Shown one piece after another: positions 12,679-24,941 of a stretch of 64,000 nt of DNA. Positions within the stretch are counted from its first letter, which is position 1. Each line of letters starts with the position of its first letter. Source of the DNA: Setoptus koraiensis (Eukaryota > Animalia > Arthropoda); NCBI GenBank assembly GCA_048013815.1, contig CM106586.1, positions 18,228,001 to 18,292,000 of the forward strand, given 5' to 3'. The notes below the pieces were generated by a model. It did not search any database, was not told the DNA's origin, and saw nothing but the letters and a program-made list of their open reading frames with translations. Both the position numbers and the translations under genes were made by a program.

Positions 12679-13778
12679 CTGCTTCTACTATTTATTGCAC
12701 CACCCTGTTTCGAACAGTTCCAGGGGGGATATTCTTTCGAATTAGGAAGGCGAACGATGACGGTGAACGTCTTTCTGCACGCGAAATTCGCGAGTCAGTT
12801 GGTATAGATGAATTGGGGACCCAGGCAGTGAGAAAGAATGTGACGAGGCTCGGTTTTGCACATACCAACGTACCTCAAGAGATTTGGTTGACAGCTCAGC
12901 AGAAAAAAATATAGAGTATCTCTAGCAACTCAATGGCTAGAGACCAACCATCCATGGAATTGCACAATTTTTAGTGATGAAAAGAAGTTCAACTTCGATA
13001 GACCCGACAACATACACCGATTGCGGCAGAAATTTCACCCGAAACAAGCGCCAAATGGGTGGCGGTGGTTTGATGGTCTGGTTGATGATCTTGCCAAACG
13101 GATTTTTGCATATAGAGAGGTTAGAGGGTAGAGTGAACTCTGCAAAATATATTGATTTGATGAAGAGAGTGAAGCACATTCTTGATTCGATATTTGGTGA
13201 GAATAATTGCATATATCAGCAAGATAATTGTTCTGTTCATGTCTCTAAAGAGTCTGCTAGTTGGTTTAAAGAGTCTGGAATGGAAGTTCTCGCATGGCCA
13301 GCGAAATCTCCAGACTTGAATATTGTTGAAAATATCTGGAGCTATATATCGAACATAGTTTATAGAGACAAGCAATACAATAGTGTGAAAGATCTCTGGA
13401 ATGCGATAGAGAATGCAGTATGGGAACTCATGTTTGAAAAACCCGATTTTTTGCATAACCTCTATGATGATATAAGAAAGAGACTGCTCAAAGTCATCAA
13501 GGGCAAAAGAAAGAGGATAGATAGATGAAAATTTGGTGTCCTAATGTTATCAAAATTGACATAAATCGTTTAATAGACTAGCTTGTTCTTTGGTGCATTA
13601 ATTAGTAGATATGAATTAACGAACTTTTTTCTCTTGCTCAGGTGCCTTTCAAGGCGCATGCGTGCCTTTTTCACCCGACTCACCTGTCGTGGTCATGAAA
13701 AAGCCCCGAAAGTTTCGAAAGAATATCCCCCCTGGAACTGTTCGAAACGGGGTGGTGCAATAAATAGTAGAAGAAGTG
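12679..13778 (+). mobile_element. Tc1/Tc3-like (DD34E) DNA transposon, 1.1 kb, defective
   Basis: ~65-bp TIRs CACTGCTTCTACTATTTATTGCACCACCC.../...GGGTGGTGCAATAAATAGTAGAAGAAGTG flanked by TA. Transposase motifs FSDEKKFN (frameshifted relative to ORF 12974..13528), YQQDNCSVH and WPAKSPDLNIVENIW; HTH region truncated. Confidence 0.95.
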
Positions 13779-13970
13779 TATTATGCTCATTATTTAAGCA
13801 TAACTTGAAGTTATCTATGTCTTATTGCAAAATGTGGTTATTGTAATGCATCGATCTGACTCCATGGCATCTCTTTATTCCTATCGACCGCATATAACCA
13901 TCGCGACTCCATTGCAAGTTAGGAGGCGTCCATCTGTTCAAGAAGCATCATTATTCTCATACACGTCGAA

Positions 13971-16154
13971 TCAGACTGTATGTTGTAATACCAATATTAT
14001 ACCCGAAACAATCCACCCAATTACCTATGGAATATAGAATAAAATGATGCAATACATGAAATAAGATGTAAATATCGATGAATCAGAATTCAACGATTCA
14101 CAGTTTAGATTCATGATATACTAACCATTGGCAGATTGCCGAGAGTCAGCGGGTCTACTGCGCGGATGCAAAGAGCCACATTGTAGGTATCAAGTAGATC
14201 CTCTTCGATCGACGACAATTGTTGGAGATTCCAGCTAGTCATGACGGAATTATATGCCATAAGATTCTGTATGGCATGGTAAATAGCCTTGAACTGGAAA
14301 CATGATTGAATGGATATAAAATACGGATTGTATCTCGGATATTAGTTGTGGGGATTGGGAAATAACAAGAGATACGCTCTCATCTCAGCCCAGTTTTATC
14401 TGTCAATAAGTTATTCCTAGGGCCATGTTACATTATCATTGAAAGTCTTAGTATAACTAGTAGTGATGACATCAGAGAAAAAATCGTGAGGCATGTGAGG
14501 TTGTGTGGGCGTTGTGAGAGAATGGGATGAGGGGGAGCATAGGCGAGAACTTTCCACTAATCACTCGTTGACAAATGGCTCGTATCATGATGATTACCTT
14601 AGAATGAACGAGTGCAGATGCAGAGCTGAACTCTAAGATGGGAAGCCAATAGGCTTGCAAAAGAAGACACAGTATTTGAACTTCCATATCGCTCAGGTTT
14701 TTATTCCCAATGAGCTCTGACAGAGTCAATATAACACACGGTAACTTGAAAAGAAATTCCAAGTTTATGTCAAGTGTAAAACGTTGCTTCAGAAAGTCAA
14801 ACTCCGAGCGCAGCTCCATAATCATGCTGACGAGTGTATCGATTTCCTCGGAGTGATCACTCCAAATGGACTTCGTTCCATCTTTTTCAATAATTGTATC
14901 GACCAATGGATGTAGATGATGAACAGTGGACTTTTCTTTGGTGATATCAGTGTCCCGGTTAGTTTGATAGTTTGTCTTTGTGTTACGATTCATTAAAGTC
15001 ACTATGCTGAATGTCCGCGAACGTTTTTTGTTGGACCGGAACAGTTCAATTAACTGTCGAGAAAACTCGAGCGTACGCTTAGCTTTGCAATAACAGACCA
15101 CAATGTGGAAAGCAAAGAGATTTACCTCCATAAATTGGCACATTAAGATCATAAAAGCGATGGCAAGAAACAAATCATGAATAAAACGCTGCCTCATGAA
15201 TAGCAAGAACGAATCGCCACAGTAGCTGAGCTCCACCATTAAAGCGGCTCTCATAATTGGTATCACACAACCAAAAAAAATCAGCCCTCCTAGTACGGTC
15301 AGATGAGAGATTATTCTCAATGATTCTAAATCCATTATGTGCAGGGACTCGTTTAGAAGTAGGTGCTTTGGGAATTTTAGCTGATAATTGATTTCTCGGA
15401 AGTCATCGTCGAAATTGATTTTTTGTTTGCAGTTCGCTCGTGCCGAACGCTTCGGAACCACATCCGACAAGTCCGAACCACGGACAGCAAGATGATCACG
15501 TTGATTATAGGTTGCTTTGAGAAATTGACCTCGATGCTCTCTATCCGACAATGAGGCAGTTGGACACTGAAACTTGCATTGCTGAGTGCTCTCGGTGGTT
15601 CTCCTACGATGCGCCTTATCTCTACTTTGAACCCTATCTGTGAGACCCAAAACATAGATCCAACCTCTAGGAGTTAATTCGAGGCAGTTAATGTATGTGT
15701 ATCCCAAGTATTGGCGTCCAGTCTTCTTCCTCATATTTGCGACGATGTTCATAGTACGAAATACGTAGACTTCTGTGATAAGTATGGCGAAAACTCTGTT
15801 CATCATTTGGGTGAAGCCATAGGGTGCAAACATGTCGACGATCAGATATTTCTCTTTGAATTCATGGATGAGACTTTTGCTGCCGAAGCCACAAACAATC
15901 GTACTATGGAGAAAGTAGAGTCCGCAAAGGAAGTCTAACAGTATCAATATAAGATAGCGCCGCTTCAGTTGTCTATTTCGCAGAAATAAGGCTACGCGAG
16001 CCCCCACTTCATCAATCAGTGTCCGCTTCTTTGTTTTCAGCTCCTGACGAAGTCTTTCTTCTTCATCGTCGGGCCGCATGCAAATTGCTGAACCGTTGTA
16101 GAATCTGATGATTAAGATGAAGTGCCGAACAATACTGAATTTGATGGTATCCAT
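13971..16154 (-). CDS. Gustatory-receptor-like protein GR-2; exons 16154-14598, 14293-14126, 14024-13971 (~592 aa)
   Basis: Near-identical paralog of GR-1 with the same intron positions; exon 3 VIGWIVSGIILVLQHTV*. Confidence 0.75.
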
Positions 16155-16329
16155 ATCACTAATATCCACCTCCATACAATATAAGCGATGAGGAGAATGA
16201 CACAAATCGTTTTACATTTTACTATCGCTTGATTCTATCTCTTCGCTCATTTCCGTTTTATTTCCAATCGAATTCATAAATTTTATTCTCTGATTGTTTA
16301 AGGGGACATATACGTTAAAACCAGGCAAA

Positions 16330-17035
16330 AAAAACGTTGAAAAGATAGAATAAGCAACACACAAAAAACGCTCAAACTAACAGAATTCTGCAGCAAGAAA
16401 CTAATGGTCCATGAAGCGCAACATTGATTTCGCTGAGCTTTTTAAGGCATATTCTTATGAGTCCATTTCAGCTCTCACTACTCTCCGCAGTGTGAGCGGT
16501 TCAAATAACATTCAGATATACATTGCATAATTCTTAAAATATTTGACAAGGGGCGCCTTCTTTTTCTGTGCCAACTCAATTATCCGCACAGTTGCACAGG
16601 CCGAAATTGTTCGAAATAGTGTTCAGATTGAACCTAGAAAGGTCTCCTACCGGGGATATAAACATGGAACGCAGACAGTTTTCAGAGTAGACGAAGAGAA
16701 GAATCACCTCATTTTAGTGTCATCTATCATAAACCCTTACAGAGTAGTGCAGAAGGCTGTGCGGCCTGTGCAACTGTGCGGATAATTGAGTTGGCACAGA
16801 AAAAGAAGGCGCCCCTTGTCAAATATTTTAAGAATTATGCAATGTATATCTGAATGTTATATGAACCGCTCACACTGCGGAGAGTAGTGAGAGCTGAAAT
16901 GGACTCATAAGAATATGCCTTAAAAAGCTCAGCGAAATCAATGTTGCGCTTCATGGACCATTAGTTTCTTGCTGCAGAATTCTGTTAGTTTGAGCGTTTT
17001 TTGTGTGTTGCTTATTCTATCTTTTCAACATTTTT
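16330..17035. repeat. Long inverted repeat: ~274-bp arms (16330-16603 and 16762-17035) around a 158-bp spacer
   Basis: The arms are near-perfect reverse complements, e.g. AAAAAACGCTCAAACTAACAGAATTCTGCAGC vs GCTGCAGAATTCTGTTAGTTTGAGCGTTTTTT; only a few mismatches seen. Confidence 0.93.
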
Positions 17036-18236
17036 GGGCCCTTGATCCCTCATAAAAGCATGTCGTTTGATTGCCCTATGCAGGCACGATAGAATTCGTT
17101 ATTAAGGGATATGTTCCGACAGTCTAGCCACGTCTTGTGCAGTTCTCCTTCCTATTGTATTGAAATGAAATCCAATCGGGAACAGAAAACACAAGAATGC
17201 GAAGCCGGAAGTTTGCGGAACAAGACATTCAGTTATCTCTGTCGAACGAAACCAGTGATCTAGATTCCAGATATCTGACCTAAAATAAGTCATGAACCAG
17301 GGCGAATCTAATATAAATTTAGTGGTTTTCGACAGATCTACCAAATCTTCAGAGCATATAGACGCTCTGCGAGTTCCTTTGAACTCGTTTCGGAAAACAA
17401 AGGTTTGAATTATCTCTACACTGCATCCTAAGCAATGAGCTTGAGAAGTATTTTCTATTCTACCTCTCTGTCGAGGTATACATGCAGAATAATCACTTTA
17501 GTCTATACTTTTAGCAACCTCTTCGCACCATCTCATTTGCTCACAGCTCACCCTAGCCTGATCTACAAGTTGCTCCCAACGTTTCATTATTATCTGGGGT
17601 AAGTTATGGAAAAGCGCGGAATGAGACTAGAGAAAACGAGAAAGATTTGAGGTAGCCTGTAGCATGTGAGGCAATGTGGGAGAGGTGAGCAACAGTGATA
17701 TATAGGTGATAAGTAGGGTAGGGCAAATCGGTCACAACGAGGTTGTTTTGGTTTTTTCAGAAATTTTCGAGACACCATGCACAGTGGCTAAATTGTTACT
17801 ACTGGAAAAGAAATTCCAGTTTTATGTCAAGTGTAAAACGTCGCTTTGTATGGTCAAAGTGCAAACGTGACTCCAAAATCATTCTGGCGAGACAGAATGA
17901 GCTCAGAAACCTCATCGCGATAAACGTTAGGATCGCGCTCCATGGACAATAGATTACATTTCTCATATTCTAGTTAGTTCTAGCGTTTTGTATGTCGAAG
18001 CTACTTTAATCTCTCTCCACAACGTCATATGTAAGAGCTCTCGATATCGCATATGAGGTCGATGCACACACGATACATGATGTGAACATGTTTTGCGTAT
18101 GTGTGTATCATACATATGGGATATTACAGTATTAGATAACTATCTCCAAGAAGACTATTGAAAGATTAATTTGGCCATAACATGAAGGTGTGCAATGAAA
18201 AAGTTACAGCTCAGAAATATACTAACGCTAGCGATA

Positions 18237-18261
18237 GAGAGAGAGAGAGAGAGAGAGAGAC
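18237..18261. repeat. (GA)n microsatellite
   Basis: Direct GA run. Confidence 0.9.
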
Positions 18262-18468
18262 GAGGGCGACTTCTCGAATTTCGGTGATAAATTTCTACCG
18301 TATTTCACTCAATAAAGTTGAAGTCGCACCCAATACCTCGAAAACTTGCTGGAGACACATGATAAAATTTCGCTTCATGAGCCACGAATCACGTGCCTCG
18401 TTATCGTAGTATTACCCCATACATTGAATCATTCTACATGTAATAGCACGATTCCTAAGATGAGAATC

Positions 18469-20754
18469 TTAGATGCAATACTGTACCAAAATAAATATGC
18501 CCGATACGATCCATCCAATCAGCTATGAGAATAAGTATATCGGAAGAGAATGTGTTGGCGAAACATGAGTAAGATGACGTAATTATACAGTGTCAACATT
18601 CGAGAAATCACAAAGCGAGATTCTATGATTAACCTACCATTGGCAAATTACCAAAAGTTATCGGGTTTGTAACAAAGATGAGGAGCGCCACATTTTCAAT
18701 GTCATGCAGATCCTCTTCTATTGACGACAGTCGTTGAAGATCCCAGCCAGTCATGAAAGAATTGTAGGTCATGAGATTCTGTAGGGCATAATAGATGGCC
18801 TTGAACTGGAGACATGATTCGATGGATGTAAAATGTGGATAAATTATATGATATTAGTTATGGTCATCGGATGATGGGAGATTATAGTAGCGAGCAGCGT
18901 TATTCTGCACGTGTCCATATCATCACATTTGCTCATATCTCGTCGCAGCCTGACCTACAAGATGTCTTTCGGAGGCATGCTTCATCATTACTAGGGGCAC
19001 ATCGTAGGCCAAGTCGGGGCGAAATTAGAGAAAACGTAGAAGATGCTAGACAGCGTGTAGCATATACGGTTGTCTGAGAGAGGTGAGCAGCGGTGATAAC
19101 TTTAAACTCATCGCTGAGCCACAGAAAATTGGGTCACAATGCTAGGTAAGCGAATGACCAATGTCTTGATGATCACCTTAGAGTGGGCAAGAGCGGCAAA
19201 AGAGCTGACGACAAAGATGGGAAAAAAATATGCCGGAAAACAAAAATAAATGACTTGAATTTCCGGAACGCTCAGGTCGTTCGGTCCAAGCACCGTTGAT
19301 AGAACAATTATAACACTCGGCAACTTGGAAATAAGTTCCAAGTTAATGTCAAATGTAAAACGTCGCCTCAGATTGTCTAAGTCCGAGCGTATCTCCATAA
19401 TCATCCGGACGAGTCTGTCTATTTCCTCGCATAGAGCACTGCATATCGAATCATTTTCATATTTAGCGATGATTGTATCGGTTAATGGACTGTGGTTCGT
19501 GGAGCTGGCCTCCTGTTGGCTGATTTCGCCGTCCCCGGTTGTTGAACAGATTCCGTTCGCGTTGCTCTGTCCTGATTTCGGTGTGCAGAAGCTCAAAGTG
19601 TGTTTTCCGTAGAAACGATATAGTTCAATTAGCTGTAATATCAAGCGGTGCGTCTGCTTAGCCTTGCTGTAGCAGACGCAGCAGCGAAGAAAAAAAAGGC
19701 CCATCTCTGCAAATTGAAGAAATACGATAACGAAACAGATGAACATTGAACAATAACCTAAAAGACGGTGCTTGACGAATAATTGTCGCGAACCGCCATA
19801 AAAGTGAATATCAATCAAATAAAATGACGGGGCAGCTGTCAGTCCGATTGTTACTGCAGTCAGCAGGAAAAATAGCACCAGGTAAACCATGATCCTGAGA
19901 GACATTAAATCCATGATATGTGGGGATCCGTTCACGAGCAGGTGCTCTGGAAATTTTAGCTGATAATCGATTTCTCGGAAGTCATTGTCGAAATTGAATG
20001 TTTTTTTTTCGCAATTGCCTCTTGGCGAAACTTGTGGAATCACGTTAATTAAGTATCGACCACGAACATCAGCGTCACTATGTTCGTTCTTATATGCACT
20101 AATAAATTGATCTCGATGCACCCTATCGGATGATGAAGCAGCTTGGCACTGAAGCTCGCATTGCTCAGTGTTGCTTCTCGCACTATGCATTCTATCTTTG
20201 CATTGAACTCTATCTGTGAGACCCAAAATATACATCCAGGCTCTTGGAGTTAATTTGAGGCAATTAATGTATGTTCCTGCCCAATCGTATCGTTGGCGTC
20301 CAGTATCTATTCCCATGTCTGCGACGAGGTTCCTCGTGCGAAACGTGTAAGCTTCTGTGAGGAGTATTGTCATAACTTTGTGGGCCATCCGAGAGAAGCC
20401 ATAAGGAGCCCATATGTCGACAATCAAATATTCTAATTGAGCTATAAAACTTTTGCTGCCGTAACCGCGCACCATCGAAGACAATAAAAGGTAAAATCCA
20501 CCAAGATAATCGATCACTATCCATACGAGATAGATCGTTTTTTTTTGTCTGTTTCGTAGAAATATGACCACGCGAGCCCTCATTCCATCGAACAATGATC
20601 GCTTCTTCGTTCTCAGCTCGTTGTTAATCTCCGACTGGTTCACATGTGTCGCTGCTTCTCCCTCCTCAAGTGGACGCACGAAATTTCCTGCAACGTTGAT
20701 GTGTATGATAATGATAATTGCAAGCTGAAATAAATTGAATTTGAATGAGTCCAT
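18469..20754 (-). CDS. Gustatory-receptor-like protein GR-3; exons 20754-19177, 18805-18638, 18522-18469 (~599 aa)
   Basis: Homologous to GR-1/2; HSK|GTGATC donor; exon 2 FKAIYYALQNL..GNLPM; exon 3 LIGWIVSGIFILVQYCI*. Confidence 0.75.
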
Positions 20755-20829
20755 CTCAATAATATCCGCTTACATACGAATGTAAACGCTCAGAAATCTT
20801 CTTACGTTTTCGTAACGTTTGATTTTGTC

Positions 20830-21508
20830 TCTCCACTTCTTTCCATTCCATTTCCGATTAACTTGGTAAATTTCTTTCGCCAGTTGTTGAATGTGTTGTT
20901 TTGAAATTGCACTCTCCTCAGCGAGTTGTATCACTAGGATCAGTCACATCAGAATATTCCCATGGAGCGTCTGCGACCAAATGTTTAGAATCGCTCTTCA
21001 TGCACCATATATTGCCAGCGTCAGAATCTTGTTGGTTCAATCGTTTTGTGTTCATTGAAGCTGCCTTGATTTTCTTATCGGACATGTATGAATACTCGAT
21101 GCCCCAGTCAACCACATGTCGATGAAATCCTCTCTGCACGCACTATACAGCTTATTATTGATGGCCATGTTTTGACATTCTAACCATGTTGGTGAAAACC
21201 GAAATGCATGTAATCTCTCAATTACTAAAAATATCAGTTTCTTTTGGTCGCATTGGCGTCCGAAACTCTAAGCGTGGCGTAACTTGAGTCACAAGCAATC
21301 TTTTCACAGGGTCCAGTATAACCCGTGTGAAATATTCCAGCTTTTGATAACTTTTTCCAAGAGTAGTATCGAGTGATAAATATCACCAAAACATGAACAC
21401 TGGAGGCCCTCCAGTGTACATTGTTCCACCAAGCCACCGAGTCATGGGGCGTCCCAGGACTCGCTATCTCCTTACCATAATCTCAACTTTTGTATCCATT
21501 GAATGCTC
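20830..21508. repeat. Duplicated upstream segment of GR-3 (essentially identical copy at ~25017-25695 upstream of GR-4)
   Basis: Identical ORF translations in both copies (20901/25088, 20918/25105, 21234/25421). Confidence 0.92.
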
Positions 21509-21509
21509 A

Positions 21510-22680
21510 ATTTGAGAAACAAAAATGCACAGGCCATTTTCATTGATATTTGACAAACGAAACTACTCACTCAGCTCCCAAGTTTCTAACCAAAAATACG
21601 TTATTCTCTGACTACTCAAATATTTGTCATGGGACTGCGGGCTCCGTGTGTTGAGTTTCATCCAATTTGGAGTGCGGCGCTATTCTCCAGTGCACCCGCA
21701 ACTCTCATGCTCGATACCATCTCTCTGTCTGGGTCTCTAGCATCTGCTAAGTCCCCACCGCAGTACGTTCGAAAATATGAAAAAGCACATTTTATCTGGT
21801 ATCTACCGAGAGCTAGGCTGTAGATATCATCTATCACGATTTTCCTGATCTTATCCATCAACGGTTCCACAAATTTTGTGCGGTCTCATGAGGAAGATGA
21901 AGCAACAAATGGCTATCATGGTCCAATCGATTGCGAGCTGAAATCGATGAAGCGAACACTGCTTGATAGAATGAGGGCTCACGTGATAGTCCAATATTGT
22001 GCTAATGGGGTGAAGTTCATCAAGGATGACAATGTAGTATCAAGGGGCAAGCTTGAAAACGGCATTTATAGTCTGCAGGTGAATGCAGAAACTTACCTGC
22101 AGAAACTAGTTTTGCCTTTGTCGCAACTACACTGCCGAATGGGCATGGACGTTTCGGTCATATTTCTACGGATGTAATCAAGAGTATGGCTAAAGAAAGG
22201 GTAGATGGAGGTTTGGTCATTCAAGATCACAGAGAAAACGAATATCTAGATTGCTCGTTCTGCAAGTGTGAACACACTTCGCACCCGACGAGGACAACTG
22301 ATGACAAATTGAAAGTTGCACAATCGCTTCACATGGATACGGTAATACTTGTCAAGGCACCAAGCATCAACGGAAACAAATACTTTCTCTTGTGTAAAGA
22401 TCACATATCTGGATATCGAATGGGAGCGTTTGTATCGTCGAAATCAGAAATAGGCGACCAAGTGACAAGGCTAATCAATAGAAGTAAAATAGCAACTGGC
22501 ACTGGAGTCATAAAAATCTCAACAGACAATGGCAGCGAATTTTTGAATTATAATCTAACATCATTTCTTCCAGAGAGAGAAATAATTCATGAAAAATCCT
22601 TACCATACATACATCAGCGAGATGGTTATGCAGAGCGCGACATTAAAACCGTTGTTGATTGTACCCCTACGCTCCTCACA
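21510..22680 (+). mobile_element. Degenerate Ty1/copia LTR-retrotransposon fragment (gag remnant, GAG-pre-integrase, integrase core)
   Basis: GKLENGIYSL..LHCRMG (pre-integrase), CSFC, LHMDT / ISTDNGSEF / GYAERDIKT (D,D,E triad). Upstream part broken by stops; no RT or LTR seen. Confidence 0.85.
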
Positions 22681-22691
22681 CAGTTTATACA

Positions 22692-24941
22692 CTATTTTAT
22701 TATCCCGAAGTGAAACTGTATCAACAATACAATGCCCAATGCGATCCATCCAATCAGCTATTGGAATATGTATATTGGACGAGAATGTGTTGGCGAAACA
22801 TGGGTAAGATGACGTAATTATACAGTGTCAACATTCGAGAAATCACAAAGCGAGATTCTATGATTAACCTACCATTGGCAAATTACCAAAAGTTATCGGG
22901 TTTGTAACAAAGATGAAGAGCGCCACATTTTCAATGTCATGCAGATCCTCTTCTATTGACGACAGTCGTTGAAGATCCCAGCCAGTCATGAAAGAATTGT
23001 AGGTCATGAGATTCTGTAGGGCATAATAGATGGCCTTGAACTGGAGACATGATTCGATGGATGTAAAATGTGGATAAAGTATATGATATTAGTTATGGTC
23101 ATCGGATGATGGGAGATCATAGTAGTGAGCAGCGTTATTCTGCACGTGTCCATATCATTACATTTGCTCATATCTCGTCTCAGCCTGACCTACAAGATGT
23201 CTTTCGGAGGCATGCTTCATCATTACTAGGGGCACATCGTAGGCCAAGTCGGGGCGAAATTAGAGAAAACGTAGAAGATGCTAGACAGCGTGTAGCATAT
23301 ACGGTTGTCTGAGAGAGGTGAGCAGCGGTGATAACTTTAAACTCATCGCTGAGCCACAGAAAATTGGGTCACAATGATAGGTGAGAGAATGACCAATGTC
23401 GTGATGATCACCTTAGAATGAACAAGTGCGGAAAAATAACTGAGGACTAAGATGGGAACACAATATCCTGGAAAACAAAGATAAATAAAGTTACGTTCCA
23501 AGGTGCTCAGGTGGTGTGGTTCGAAGAGAACTGTTAGAGCAAGCATAACACATGGCATCTTGAAAAAAAGTTCCATGTTTATGTCAAATGTAAAACGTCG
23601 CTTCAGATGGTCTAAGTCCGAGCGTATCTCCATAATCATTTCGACGAGTCTGTCTATTTCTTCGGATAGAGCACTGCATATCGAATTTGTTTCATATTTA
23701 TCGATGAGTGAGCAGCTTAGTGGACGGTGATTCCTGAGGCCGACTGAACTCTGTCCTGATTTTGGTTTGCAGAAGCTCCAAGTGTGTTTTCCGTAGTACC
23801 GATATAGTTCAATTAACTGTGATATCAGGCGGTGCGTCTGCTTAGCCTTGCTGTAGCAGACTCCACAGTTAAGAAGAAAAAGTCCAATCTCAGAAAATTG
23901 CTCCAGTATGATGCCGCCAGAGATAATTATCAAAAAATAACTCAGTGCACGGCGTTTGAAGAATAATGGCAAGGAATAGCCACAATAGTGCATCTCAATC
24001 AAAAATGTAACCCACGCAAGTGCAGCAACAAATATTGCTATCCCAAGTATGCAAAATAGCACCAGGTAAAGCATGATTCTGAGCGACATCAAATCCATGA
24101 TATGTGGAGATCCGTTCACGAGTAGGCACCCTGGAAATTTTAGCTGATAATCAATTTCTCGGAAGTCATTGTCAAAATTGAATCTTTTTCTTTTGCAATT
24201 TTCTTTCGCCGAATCTTCTCGAATTGTGATAGATGAGTCACTAACACGGACACCAACGTCACTAAGTTTGTTAAGTGCAATAAAAAATCGATCTCGATGC
24301 GCCCTATCTAATGATGAAGCAGCCCGGCACTGAAGCTCGCATTGCTCATTGTTGCGGATGATTCTCTCACGCTGCGTTTTATCTCTGCATTGAACTCTAT
24401 CTGTGAGACCCAAAATATACATCCAGGCTCTTGGAGTTAATTTAAGGCAATTAATGTATGTTGCTGCCCGATCGTATCGTTGGCGTCCAGTATCTATCCC
24501 CATGTCGGCGACGATGTTCCTCGTGCGAAACGTGAAAGCTTCTGTGAGAAGTATTGCCAAAAGTTTGCTTGCCCCTAGACTGATGTCATAAGGGGCCCAT
24601 ATGTCGACCATCAAATATTCTAATCGAGCTATAAGACTTTTGCTGCCGAAGCCGCGCAACATATTATCGATAAAAAGGTAAAGTCCACAAAGATATTCTA
24701 ACACTATCCATATAATAAAGATCGGTTTTTGCTGTCTGTTTCTCAGAAATATGACCATGCGAACTCCCATTCCATCGAGCAATGGTCGCTTCTTCGCTCT
24801 CGGCTCGCTGCTGGTCTCCGGCTGCTTCTCATGTGTTGCACCTTCTTCTTCCCCAAATGGACGCACGAAATTTCCTGAACCGATGAGGTAAATGACAACG
24901 AAAATTGCAAGCTGAAATAAATTGAATTTGAATGAATCCAT
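22692..24941 (-). CDS. Gustatory-receptor-like protein GR-4; exons 24941-23412, 23040-22873, 22757-22692 (~587 aa)
   Basis: Homologous to GR-3; exon 3 LIGWIALGIVLLIQFHFGIIK* contains the hhhhhQF end of the arthropod GR TM7 signature. Confidence 0.78.

Larger units (their letters stand above)
12449..18056. repeat. Segmental duplication copy B (paired with 7113-10996)
   Basis: See copy A; contains the Tc1 insertion, GR-2 and the full inverted repeat. Confidence 0.93.
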
